A DNA stretch of 63,944 nt, counting the filler, from Reticulomyxa filosa (taxonomy: Eukaryota > Protista > Foraminifera), in assembly GCA_000512085.1 (NCBI GenBank). It is 24 parts of 24 records of this genome, joined end to end, with 100 filler letters (N's around TTAATTAATTAA, not from the genome) between each part and the next. Parts side by side here need not be neighbours in the genome. Positions count along the whole stretch, not along the records: positions 50,794 to 52,485 come from ASPP01004103.1; positions 52,586 to 53,585 come from ASPP01038188.1; positions 53,686 to 57,523 come from ASPP01020274.1; positions 57,624 to 60,453 come from ASPP01008942.1; positions 60,554 to 62,397 come from ASPP01025040.1; 19 more parts are not named here. One strand, 5' to 3'. Of this stretch, positions 51,087-62,497 are shown piece by piece; position 1 is the stretch's first letter; each line of letters starts with the position of its first letter. Made by a program: the position numbers and the translations under genes. The notes under the pieces are model-generated. The model was given only the letters and a program-made list of their open reading frames with translations, had not been told where the DNA came from and searched no databases.

Positions 51087-52157
51087 GTTTTTAATTTTTT
51101 ACTTTGCATTTCCACGAAAGTTTCATAAAAAATAAAAAGCAATTTCAGCTCAAATTTTTTTGCCCTTTTTCATGTATTCGATTTGAAAAGGTTTAATTCA
51201 AAATATTTTTTTCATCACATGGTAGCATTAATTCCCGCCATTTAATAATGATAAATGTTTGTGTTCTGAATCACGTAACAAAAAATTGTTTGCAGATGTC
51301 GAGACATCCAAATCATTGCATGTTTTTTAATGAACATGAAGGTACTGTTTGGAAGTGCATAAAGATTAGATTACGATTGTAAAATATTGATTAAGTGACT
51401 GAAAAAACTTTGTTTGCTCAAAAAAATATTGTCTGGACCAAATGATAAGAGCATTCGTTCGTGCGATATCGATCTGCTCAACAAATTCAATCCAAAATGC
51501 ACTTATGTATCTAATTTGGTTTTTCCTTGCAAAGCAAAGAAAAAAAAAGTAATTTTCGACGACACTCACGACTTCTTTCACTTGTATAAAAGTAAAAAGA
51601 ATTACATAATAAACAAAAAAAACGAAAATTACAACATTCCCAAAACATAAGATCAATTTTTAAAAAGCGAATTTTTGACAAAATTCAATTTCTTTGACAA
51701 AATACCGAAAATAAAAATTGAAGGCATGAAGGTTCAACACAAAATACTTGGTTGAAGTGTTTCTTTAGGAGTCTATTGAGCTTGAGTATGACAATTACAA
51801 TTTTATGAAGTAACGAAATTGTATTTTTACAAAGAATTCTTTCGTCAAAATAAAAAAATGAAAAGTGAACGTTTTTTCCTTTTTTTTTGAAACAGTTGCA
51901 ACTTTGGCAGCGTCCAGTTTATCAGTAAGTCGAGAATAATGGCGATATTAGCGTAAATTTCGTTCGGGCAAAGGTAAACAAACAGTTTTTCTTTTTTTTA
52001 GAATACTTCAAGGTTTGGAGTTGATACAATTTCCAAAAAAAAAAGAGTCGAAGCGCGTTTGTGGTGAAGTTGTGGAGTGATGGAGATTATTAGTGTGCAG
52101 ACCGTGTGGAGATTATTCGTGTATTTTGGTATCAAAGATAGCAGATGATATGTGGTA

Positions 52158-52232
52158 TATTTGGAATGGTGGTATTTGGAATGATGATATTTGGAATGGT
52201 GATGTTTGGAATGGTGGTATTTGGAATAGTGG
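52158..52232 (+). repeat. Five tandem 15-bp repeats, consensus TATTTGGAATGGTG(G/A)
   Basis: Units start at 52158, 52173, 52188, 52203, 52218. Confidence 0.9.
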
Positions 52233-53022
52233 GTCCTGAAATAGAGAGCCCATTCAGCCGTCGGCGCATTAATGCGCAAACAACGCATACGATTTATAGA
52301 TAGGCGCGCCGGTGAATGGACGCGAATCAAGATTACTACATAAAGGTTTGCGTGAGGGACATCACCGGCAACATTAGGCTTGCAGAACTGTGACAATGTC
52401 CATCTGAGGATGGACATAAATACAAGGTCTCCCCCCTTTGCTGTTTGCCGGTCATGTGACCGCGTAAACAGAGGGGATGAGAAGCNNNNNNNNNNNNNNN
52501 NNNNNNNNNNNNNNNNNNNNNNNNNNNNNTTAATTAATTAANNNNNNNNNNNNNNNNNNNNNNNNNNNNNNNNNNNNNNNNNNNNTTTTTTTTTTTTCCC
52601 CTTTTTTTTTTTTTTTTTTTTTTTTTTGTTGTGTGTATACGTATTGATGTATAACTAAGAAAAAAAAATTCTTTCAAGAAATTTTTTTTTTTTACTAACT
52701 CTGTTTTTTTTTTTTTGCATTGTCAAAACAAATTTTCGTTTGTCTTTTTTTTGTATGTGTGTGTGCATCTGACGTTCTTTGTGGTAATCAAAGGACACAA
52801 AACCTAGCGGTGATAATTGGTCGGACGATGATGAGTGAAATCAACATACATTTTATTTTTTTTAATGTTGGCCCATTTGCAGCCATATGACTATTTTTTC
52901 TTCCCCTCTATCACTCCTATCCCTATTGTTATGTTTGTATGAAGGGTCCCATTAATAGGATCCTTTAGATGTAGATTTGTGTTGCTTTGTTTTGAGTCTG
53001 CATTTTGTGTTCACAATTTTTT

Positions 53023-53585
53023 CTATAACTCACAAACAACACTTTGAAATACATCTTGCAAATTAATCGTTTTCTCTAAATCTGTTTCGTATTTATAATG
53101 GATATTGTTGTAATGTTTATGGGGTATTTGATCTTGTCTTTCATTTTTGAACATATGGCTTGTTTTATCTTGCTTATAACATTTTTCTTCTGAATCACAT
53201 TCCGATCTTATTCGTAATCCCAATTGTTTCATTTCTTGTAACTAATACATGAAATTTTCTTCCAAAATAAATTTAAAAAATCACAAACATTAAACGAATC
53301 ATTTTGTCTTCTGAAATTATATGCTTTTTACAAAACGAAATATAATTATCTAAAACAACTAACGAGAACGATATGTAAGGAATCTATGTACTCTGTGCAG
53401 AAAGTAAATACGTCCAAATTAGCAAAATCATTATCAAATTCAAATTTTAATTGCTTGGACATAAAATAAAAATCAACGCTATGTTTGTAATATGATGCTT
53501 GTAAATATTCAGAAAACAAGCTGTCTTCAGTGTTCATTGCTGGTATGACGAAAGTAGACTTTAATGATAGTTTTTTAAAATTATT
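53023..53585 (-). pseudogene. Unidentified coding-like remnant with an in-frame stop
   Basis: SLFSEYLQASYYKHSVDFYF and LEENFMY*LQEMKQLGLRI blocks. Confidence 0.3.
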
Positions 53586-53685
53586 NNNNNNNNNNNNNNN
53601 NNNNNNNNNNNNNNNNNNNNNNNNNNNNNTTAATTAATTAANNNNNNNNNNNNNNNNNNNNNNNNNNNNNNNNNNNNNNNNNNNN

Positions 53686-55060
53686 GAAGAAGAAGAAGAA
53701 GGAGAAGAAGAAGAAGAGGATGAAAATGAAGAAGAAGGTGAAGATGATAATAACGACAGTGAAGAAAATGATAATGAGGACGATGAAAGAGAAGCAGAAG
53801 AAGAGACAAAACAACAAACGGCAAATGGAAATAAACACAGCGACAATGACAAAGATGAAATATATGACTGCTATTTGCAAGTTGTTTGCTACATGCGAGA
53901 CATGTATTGGAAATGCAAGCTTATACACGCCGATTTGTCCGAATACAATATGCTGTATGCCAATCGACAGATTTATATTATCGATGTTTCGCAGTCCGTT
54001 GATTGGTCACACACCAATGCCTACAAGTTTTTAGCAGTTTGTTCAATTTTACCTTTTTCAACAAACAAAAAAAAACAGCTTGTAATATCAACATTTAAAT
54101 GCAAAGCCTCTCCTCCTTCTCATTTTACATACCATATATGTATATATCATTGGGCTTGTGGCACAGATGGATTGTCGCAATGTGAATGAGTACTTTCGAC
54201 GACAGAGTATTGGAACATTGACTCACAAAGAATTGTTTGACTTTGTTGTCAAAGATATTGGATACAACTATGACTTTTATCACCGCAATGGATTTGCATC
54301 TGGACAAGAGGTTCGAGTCCACGGACACACTTATAGCTCCAAAAAAAAAAATTGGTTGATGTTGATATCAGTGGTTCTGGGGAGGCGACTCAAAACACTA
54401 TCTCCCTGCCCATTGCAACAGATGATACCTTAGATGAGACACACCACAACTCAACACAAACGTACTCGTTCTTGGCAAAGCGCAAGGCTGAAATGATCAA
54501 AAAACGACAACAAATGAGCGAAAAGGAAAAAGAACAATGCGAAAAAGCAGAAGCGTGGATGGATGAAGAGCTACAAAGATTTAGACAGCTAATAACGTCG
54601 AGGTTTGATGAAATGACTGATTTATCCGTTCAAGAACACCAAGACGATATTGAATTGGAAGTTAATCTCAGCGTCATGCCCCACAATTTACAAGAAATGG
54701 GAGAGGATACTTTCGAAATTAAAAAAGATGAGCTTTTTAGTGAGATTATCAATCGCTTAACATTAAAAGAAAGAAAAGGTATTAACACAAACCAAGATTC
54801 TGAAGAAGAAGATTTTGAAGATGATGAAGACGATGACATTTCTGAATCAGAAGAAGAGCACACAGACGAAGACAAAAATGTGCCATCATCGCATGCAAAA
54901 AAACGCGTCACAGATAAAAAAGATGTAAAGGAGGCCAGAAAGAAAAACAAAAAGACTGTTAAAGCAGAAAACAGGGAAAAAACGAAAAAATAAAATTCCA
55001 AAAAAAATTAAAAAAAGGAAAATTAAAGTCGCTCGAATGAAGCAAAACAGAAAAACGTAA
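53686..55060 (+). CDS. RIO1: RIO1 atypical kinase, 3' part; intron 54037-54166; homopolymer frameshifts near 54345 and 54980
   Basis: MY.KCKLIHADLSEYNML, IIDVSQSV...H..A..FL..DC.NV..YF, ELFDFV, C-terminal RK..KK.VK..NREKRKNKIPK. Confidence 0.92.
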
Positions 55061-55275
55061 GAAAAGATTTGTTTATTATTATTGAGATATTTTGAATTAA
55101 AGCATTGTTTTGTAAGGAGTTCGTCCAACTCTAATTTGTATTTTTTTCGTTATTGCAACATGTCTTATGGTGCATGAAAATAATTATTGCTTGAAGATTT
55201 TCATGAGAGCAAAACAAGGAGGACAAAAGAGCAAAATTGCAATTTAGGTCACAAAAAGAACCACACAGCCCAAAC

Positions 55276-56503
55276 AAATTAAAACTGGTAAAAAAAACTA
55301 TGACTTTTCAACGCTTGAATGGAATTTTCGTATATGTCTCAACAAATGGCATCGTTGTGTAAATGTTTCAGTACACTGTTGGCAATCGTGTAATGAACGA
55401 TTTTGGCGTCCTTGATGAGTTTGCAAGTGTCTTTCCAGTGTTTCTTTCCTATATGGTGTTTATTGAACCCTTAAATGAAAGTAAATTTTTTTTAAAAACC
55501 CAACATACCTAGCAAATTGCTTATTACAGACAAAACAGACAAACATCCGGACGCGCAAATGTGTTGCATTCATATGTGCAATCAAATATCTCTCTCTGGT
55601 GAAGGAACGCAGACACAAAGTACACTTCTGTTGAGGCCGTACTGATGGGTCAACGCACGCGTGTGCTCTCAGGTCCCTATCTGAGTAAAAAAATCTTTGA
55701 CAGATCTTACACGAATGCTTATGGGAATGCACCCCCAAATAATGGCAAGCAAGTTTCTTTGCTGAGAGAAAATTTTTCACAGGATTGCATTGGAAACATT
55801 GGTAGATTTCATTTGCACATTTCTTTTTTATTATCCTGTAGTCTGCCTTACCTTGGTAGTGTTTCATTCGTTTGTGACGTGACAATTCCTTGTACGACAT
55901 AAATAACTCTGAGCATTCGCCGCATCTCACCACTTTTTACAAAAAAAAATAATTTATTTTTACCGAAATTTCGGTGAAAAAAAAATATTCCAACCTGAAA
56001 ACAAGCATGATTGTTGATGATCTGCAATATTTTTTGGAAAACAAGAGATGTCTTCCTCACATCCGGGACATCGAATAAACCTTGTTTTTTGAGGTGGTGG
56101 CATTCCATGTGGTTCTTGAGATTTGGTGGTTTCGCTTGTGCTATTGTCGTTTCCTCCTTGTTTACACAGTAATAAATCGTCCCGCGAAAACGCATTGTGG
56201 CTGCAAAAGGGATTAACGGGGGTTGAACTTGTGTGACCGACTGAAAAACATAAGCTTGTGGTACGAACAGCAAAATTCGAACGAGTTGCAATTAAAATAT
56301 TTGGATTTAGTGTTGGTGAAAATTGATTACGAGTGGCGACAGCCACGTTTGGGCCACGGCTTTGCAAGTGATGTCACCGTCGTGAAACAACAGCACTGTT
56401 TTTTAGAAGACATAAATTTTATGTGGTTTTAGTAGTTGCCAAAAACTACTCTGCTTACCTGTTCTGGCACAATTTTGCCTGAGTGTTCAACACATGAAAC
56501 CAT
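55276..56503 (-). CDS. Multi-C2H2 zinc-finger protein, about 4 exons; 3' boundary approximate
   Basis: CGECSELF....ELSRHKRMKH, CTLCLRSFT....L.AH...TH, CFVCNKQF; first exon MVSCVEHSGKIVPEQ|GTAAG. Confidence 0.8.
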
Positions 56504-56810
56504 TTTTTGCTTTAATAGATATTCACTGATGAAGAGAAAAATGCTAAATAAGCTAGTGCGAACTTTACTTTTTGAAAATTTCGCTAAATTCTGCCAAAAA
56601 AACCAAACACAAACTTCATTTTGAAAATCATTACGAATCAAATTATCAACGCGCAAACACAGTGTAAAAAGGCAATTTAGTTGCACATTTAGCAAAAAAT
56701 TAAAGTCTGTAGTACTGGCATCTTTACGTTCCGTACTGAAGGTCCCGTCAACGGGCCTTTTTTAATAAAAAAAGACTTTGGTAAGATTTCCCCTATTAAC
56801 TTAGGCCTAA

Positions 56811-57523
56811 ATGTCGTCGCTGACTAGGAAGCTTGGGTTTCCTTACAACTGTGATTTTTGTCGAGTAGTTGAGTGGTATTAAAAAAACGGAAAGTCAATA
56901 TTAAAAACAACAGTTGAAGACAACGTTGAAAACAACAGTTGAAAACAACAACAGTTGAAAACAACAATAGTTAAAAACAACAATAGTTGAAAACAACAAT
57001 TAAAAAAAAAATAGGCAATTGGTATAAGTATACATATGGAATGTGCAAAATGTGAAGATATTCATTTATGTTTAGAATGTTTAAGTAATGGAAAAGAAAT
57101 TCCTCCACATAAAAAAGAGCATAAATATTATATAATAGAATATATAGAAAAAAGAATATTTAAATATAGTGATGAATGGAGTGGACATGAAGAAATGCAA
57201 TTATTAGAAGCAATAGAATTATATGGTTTAGGAAATTGGACAAAAATATCACAACATTTAGGAAATAGTAAAAATGGACAAGAATGTGAAATACATTATA
57301 TAAAAGCATTTATAGGAATAGATAATATGAATATGAATATGAATATAAATATGAATAAGAATAAATATGGAGATAATTATATAGATTTAAAGAAAGAAAA
57401 TATAAAAATAGAAGAAATAGAAAAAGAGAAAGAAAAAGAAAAAGAAAAAGAGAAAAGATTAAAAATAAAGAATAATGAAAATAATAATAATAATAATAAT
57501 AATTTTATTAATAATTCTATTAT
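56811..57523 (+). CDS. ADA2: Transcriptional adaptor ADA2 (ZZ zinc finger plus SANT), 5' part; exons 56811-56864 and 57015->57523
   Basis: Spliced MSSLTRKLGFPYNCDFCR|AIGISIHMECAKCEDIHLCLEC..G.E..PHK..H.Y, then WS..EEMQLLEAIE.YGLGNW..IS.HLG..K...EC..HY; exon 1 is missing from the ORF track. Confidence 0.92.
56903..57000 (+). repeat. Intronic tandem repeat of about 6-7 units GTTGAAAACAAC(AAY)A
   Basis: Direct inspection; lies in ADA2 intron 1. Confidence 0.85.
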
Positions 57524-57640
57524 NNNNNNNNNNNNNNNNNNNNNNNNNNNNNNNNNNNNNNNNNNNNTTAATTAATTAANNNNNNNNNNNNNNNNNNNNN
57601 NNNNNNNNNNNNNNNNNNNNNNNAAAAAAAAAAAAAAAAC

Positions 57641-58060
57641 ATGCGACGAAACGTCAGTGTCCCATGACTCATACAATAAGCCACTGTCTACATCGTGCAC
57701 AAGCAGATGACAGTCTCCACTACACGACGAGGACCAATGGCTTTGTCCTTCCAAACCTCCTTTGTTTGGCACTGGATATGTCGATAAACTGTCACAGTCG
57801 CTGTAGTAACCACTCTTCTTTGTGAAGGGCACACGGGGGGTCGTACAGTTTGCTGTCAATGCCACGATCGAAGTGTCGATCTGGAAGATGTTGTTGTTGC
57901 CCCAACCTCCTTGCGACTCCAACCATGATGTAATCTCTGCGCTGTTGCTGTTCACGTCTGTGCTTTGGCTTATGTCCTCTGTCCACGGTGAGCCTGACGG
58001 AAATTGAGGGAGTTCAAAACTCAAACCACTAACCGCAAATAAGGATAATGCAATCAACAT
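57641..58060 (-). CDS. Secreted protein resembling an uncharacterised bacterial family; first exon, 3'-truncated
   Basis: Signal peptide; FP..SPW..DIS......NS..I..WL...GGWG....FQID.SI, DCD....P.P..G..EG, GDCHLLV.D.....LYE.W; probable GT donor at 57640. Confidence 0.7.
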
Positions 58061-58558
58061 TTCCTTTTTCTCTCTTTCTTGTTAAGGTAAATCAATGAAA
58101 CAAATACAAAGGATGTCCTCAATCAAAAGTTTTTCATTTCTTAATTTTGAATAAGAGCTGCCTAAGTCACAAATAAGAATTGTCTTTTTTTATTATCACT
58201 TGCGCGAACTATAAAGTACTGATATCTTCTGCAGCACAAATTTTAACCCAACAAGACGGAGATCTGTAACGATGCTAAATAAGACGTTATTTTAACCAAT
58301 CCGTGCAAAAAAGAGTTATGGAATAAAGTAACAAAAATAATGCAAAAAAATGTTTAAAAAAAAAAAGCGAAGTTTAAAGCGCAAACAAACGTGCTGTTAT
58401 GTTAATTCGAAAATTAAAAATGAAAATGTAGCTCAAATAACTTGAATTACAATGAACTCTATGAAGCTTAAATTTTGGAAAAAAAAAAATAAGTTTGCAA
58501 TTTCAATCTACTAAATGGCAACATTGATACGAATAATAAAAATAAAGAAATGAAAATG

Positions 58559-59734
58559 TTAGATAGTTTTGAAATATTTGTCAATGTAAGAATCACTGAC
58601 AAGTGACAAATGGGAAGGATTCCAGCGCGGATTTTTATGTTTGTCAATCAACACCGCTCTGATTCCTTCAATGGTGTCATGAGACTGAAAACACTGAGTA
58701 ACAATCCCAAACTCCATATCGAGGACTTGTTTTAAAGTTTTGTTCTGGCCCTCGTGCAATGCACGGAAAATAAGTTTTAGAGAGGTTGGACTTACATTTT
58801 GCAAGGCAAGACAAGATTGGTGTGCAAAGGAGTCCGTGGCCGTTTGGCCATGGAATTGTAGTGACTCGATAATTTTGTCGACTGACTCCAAAGTGAAATG
58901 CTTTTGAATCTGCTCTAACTCCGGAGCCAAAGAAAAGAGTGGCAATTGAATCGGATGCATTGCATACTCACTTAAAATGGACGGCACAGACTCAGGATAT
59001 TTCGTTTGAATCAGTTTCTTCTCCATTTCGAGTACTCGTGATTGAGGAACAAAATGGGTGGCAATCCCGGCATGCAATACGTCGCTGCCTTTCAAACGAT
59101 GTCCTGTCAATCCCAAGAACATGCCAAGGCCTTTGGGAACGAGTCGAGGCAAAAAATGTGCGCCACCGACATCGGTGTAAAAACCAATGGCACTTTCCGG
59201 CATTGCAAACAACGAATGTTCGGTGGCCACTCGATATTTGCCGTGCACTGAAATACCTACACCTCCGCCCATTACAATGCCATTCCATATGCATACGTTA
59301 TGTATCCCTGTATGACTTGCCAACGTAGCCATTAGATTATCCAGCTCATATTCCAGTTTGAAAAATTGAATCACTTCTTCAATACTTTTATTTTCCACCA
59401 TTTTCATGTCGTGCAATCTTTTCACATCTCCTCCTGCACAAAACGCCTTATCCCCTTCTCCTTTCACCACCACCACACACGGTTGCTTCGCACTTACCAA
59501 AGACTTGTAAAATGAGGCCATTTGGTTGATCATTTCTACATTTAAGGTGTTTAGATCCTTTGGGCGGTTCAGTGTTAATGAATAATTGTTTGTGTTTGCG
59601 TGGCTTCGGATCACTACACTTTCGCCCTCTTTTGCACTTGTTGATAGTGCCTTCAATAAGCCAAAAGGCTGCCACTTGCTTGTCCTTCTTTCCACAGTTT
59701 TCATACAACTCACTACAGTTAATATTGATTTCAT
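58559..59734 (-). CDS. HIBCH: 3-hydroxyisobutyryl-CoA hydrolase (crotonase fold), intronless, mitochondrial-type leader
   Basis: TLNRPK.LN.LN.EM, KAFCAGGDV, FF..EY.LD, GIVMGGGVGIS.HG.YRVATE...FAMPE.AIGF..DVG, EGIRAVLIDK..NP.W.P. Confidence 0.95.
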   Translation of the reverse strand: MKSILTVVSCMKTVERRTSKWQPFGLLKALSTSAKEGESVVIRSHANTNNYSLTLNRPKDLNTLNVEMINQMASFYKSLVSAKQPCVVVVKGEGDKAFCAGGDVKRLHDMKMVENKSIEEVIQFFKLEYELDNLMATLASHTGIHNVCIWNGIVMGGGVGISVHGKYRVATEHSLFAMPESAIGFYTDVGGAHFLPRLVPKGLGMFLGLTGHRLKGSDVLHAGIATHFVPQSRVLEMEKKLIQTKYPESVPSILSEYAMHPIQLPLFSLAPELEQIQKHFTLESVDKIIESLQFHGQTATDSFAHQSCLALQNVSPTSLKLIFRALHEGQNKTLKQVLDMEFGIVTQCFQSHDTIEGIRAVLIDKHKNPRWNPSHLSLVSDSYIDKYFKTI

Positions 59735-60421
59735 CGGACTTACTTAATCCCACAAGGCAAAGGATTCCCTCATTTCCTGTTTTTTCATTATAAAAAATTT
59801 TTGGATTGTGGTCTTTCGTTCTTTTGGTCTTAAGTTACAATGGTTGTTACGAGTCTTAAAAAAAAAAAAAAGAAAAACGTTTGCAAGGCCTGACTTGTGA
59901 CCGTTTTCTCAGCTCTTTGAAAAGAAAAGAAAGATTAGAAATGAGGAACGATTTGGAAGTAAAAATGCAACGTATGTAACATTTTCTACAAAATTATTGA
60001 AAAGTTTTTTTTTTTTTTGAGATAGGCAAAAGTGAATGTTTGAATTTTCAAGGAAATCAAATTGAGTAAAATATGTAAAACAAAAAAGTCCAAGATTATC
60101 ACAATTTGGCCCATAGTGTATCACAAAATTGTATGTCCATCTCAATGTGCCTTTTGCAGTTTTGAAACAAATATTTGTTCATGTTTGTTGTCTGAGAGAT
60201 TTGTGGTTAAAGTTAACAAAAACATAACACTTGCGCAAGGCGCCAAAAAAAAGCATCAGTGAAACAAAAGAAAAATATTTTATTTTCACTGATTATATTA
60301 TGTGCAGCCTCAGTACATTGAAATGAAATCGTATTTCTAAACAAAACCAGACTCAATGTTTATCATTTTCTTTTGCATTTGGGATCGATGGAACCGGTAC
60401 TATTTTTTATTTTTTATTTTT

Positions 60422-60453
<32 letters not shown>

Positions 60454-61094
60454 NNNNNNNNNNNNNNNNNNNNNNNNNNNNNNNNNNNNNNNNNNNNTTA
60501 ATTAATTAANNNNNNNNNNNNNNNNNNNNNNNNNNNNNNNNNNNNNNNNNNNNAAAAAAAAGCAAATGATGATTATCAATGCTATCAAAAGGGTATTCAA
60601 TTTCTATTGTTGTGGATGGACCAATATACAGTTATGTATATATTTTACAATTCAAAAAACAAATAAAGAATTAAAAATTTTATTACCAGACGTATACACA
60701 AAAAATAAATTATGTATAATATAGTGAATGGACACAACACACTTAAAAAAAAAAAGATTTGTAAAGACATCTGAATCCAAGCAATTTAAAAAAAATATTA
60801 CCAAACTCTTCAGAATTTAATATTGATATTATTTACTACAATGATTTTCTCTGCTGTCAGAAACATTCATGCCAAATGGTATGATCTTATTCTCAATCAA
60901 AGATAGCATTTTCATATGCTTCATCAAACAAAAAGAGATTGTTTTTTGGAATTTTGCTATGTTAAATTAGGATTTCTCTTTTTTGGTTAAAAAATGAAAG
61001 AACAAATTGTTTATATACTTATATAATGAACATAGCAATTTAATTCTTTCAAGATTCAATGGAAAGACAATGAATCGCATCGACTTTATGTGAT

Positions 61095-61750
61095 AACAAG
61101 ATTCGAATATGGGATATAAGCTATTCAAGTTCTGTTAATGGTGCATATTTTCAGATGGAAGTATAATTGTTTCATGCTCAAGCGATAATACTATTCGATT
61201 GGGATACACAGTCATGGAAAAAATTAAACAATTGGAAGGGTATTTAAATTATATGAAAAGTTTCAATTCTCACCAGATGAAAAAATATTGCATCTGGATC
61301 ACTTGATGGTACCATTCGAATATGTGATGTAAAATCTGGACAAGAAATAAAAATATTAACAGATAAGGATAATAAAATGCACTTTGTATAATTTTTACCA
61401 GATGGTTGATTAATTTGTGGCCCCTCTTCCAAACTGTTACAATTTATGATGTAGAATCACGTGGAATAATGGTAGAATGGGAAGGAAATTCAGGTAATAA
61501 ACAAAAAATATAATTTTCCCCCAGATTGTAGTTCTATGATCACTTGTTCAGATGAAAATTTGAATATGGTATAATAACAAAAAAAAAAATTAAAAGCATT
61601 AGAAAGTGTTGAAGATATTATAAATGATATAGCACTCTTTCCAGATGATCAACATACTATTATTTCTTGTTCAAATACTGACCCAATTCAATTATTGGAT
61701 GCAAATTAGGAATATGAATTCAAAAATTGAAATACTTAAAAGAAGTGGGT
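61095..61750 (+). pseudogene. Heavily decayed WD40-repeat pseudogene
   Basis: IRIWD, SDNTIRL, FSPDEKNIASGSLDGTIRICDVKSGQEIK, FPDDQH..ISCS with frameshifts. Confidence 0.75.
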
Positions 61751-62497
61751 AATACTATTAGTATCATGCGCAAGTGATAGAACGATTCAGCTCGTTTTTT
61801 TTTGTATTGGTTTACCAATTTGCAAATTTAAATCAAGCCCTTCATATGAACTTATATCCATGTCATCCCCGTGGTCAAAAAAATGTAATCGTGGAAAAGG
61901 AAGTATGTCGAATAATCATCCAAATCAACACTCAATTCTACTCTTTAAAAATTATTTTTGTTTGTTTGTTATTTCATCTTTACAACAGTATTAATTTTTT
62001 TTGTCTATTGAATTCGACAGCATAAGACCTTTCATATACCATTTGAAAAAAGACAGATCAGTTCTTTTATCGTTTTGCCAACAGCAAAGTGTTGTTATCC
62101 TTTGATAAAATGTTGTTTTTTCAGACTCTCTTTTGCATCTTTTTTTTTCTTTAAAAAAAATGAAAAATTCGTCAAAGTTAAATGTATGACTCGGAACACG
62201 TTTGAGAAAATCGGGGTTTAAGTGCTTTTACAACAAATCCAGAGACGATTTCAACGAATTGATACTTGTGCTCTTCTGTACTTTCTTTTAAAGCAGAATT
62301 AAAGACTAATACCATACTTGTTCTTTCCATCTTTTTTTTTGCTTGTTGTCTTCGTTTTTTTTTCTTTTGTTCAATTAACAAACCAATATATGTTGATNNN
62401 NNNNNNNNNNNNNNNNNNNNNNNNNNNNNNNNNNNNNNNNNTTAATTAATTAANNNNNNNNNNNNNNNNNNNNNNNNNNNNNNNNNNNNNNNNNNNN

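Noticed and set aside
52404-52430. Hammerhead ribozyme (CTGAGGA matches CUGANGA)
   Set aside because: No downstream stem II and GAAA, and the motif lies within a simple hairpin.
53230-53250. Stop-codon reassignment (in-frame TAG here; TGA/TAA in the WD40 array)
   Set aside because: Intact genes in the window end in TAA, TAG or TGA with no internal stops, and internal stops occur only in regions that are otherwise decayed.
56700-56880. snRNA/SRP-like RNA with an Sm-like ATTTTTG
   Set aside because: The segment is explained by ADA2 exon 1 (NCDFCR), and the diagnostic snRNA motifs are absent.
56903-57000. CRISPR-like array (also considered for 52158-52232)
   Set aside because: No unique spacers, units too short, eukaryotic context and no cas genes.
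4906-62497. Regularly repeated TTAATTAATTAA as a biological repeat, and gene clusters across spacers
   Set aside because: It is an artificial joiner flanked by fixed N runs. ORFs ending in X..LIN and any synteny across spacers are artefacts.
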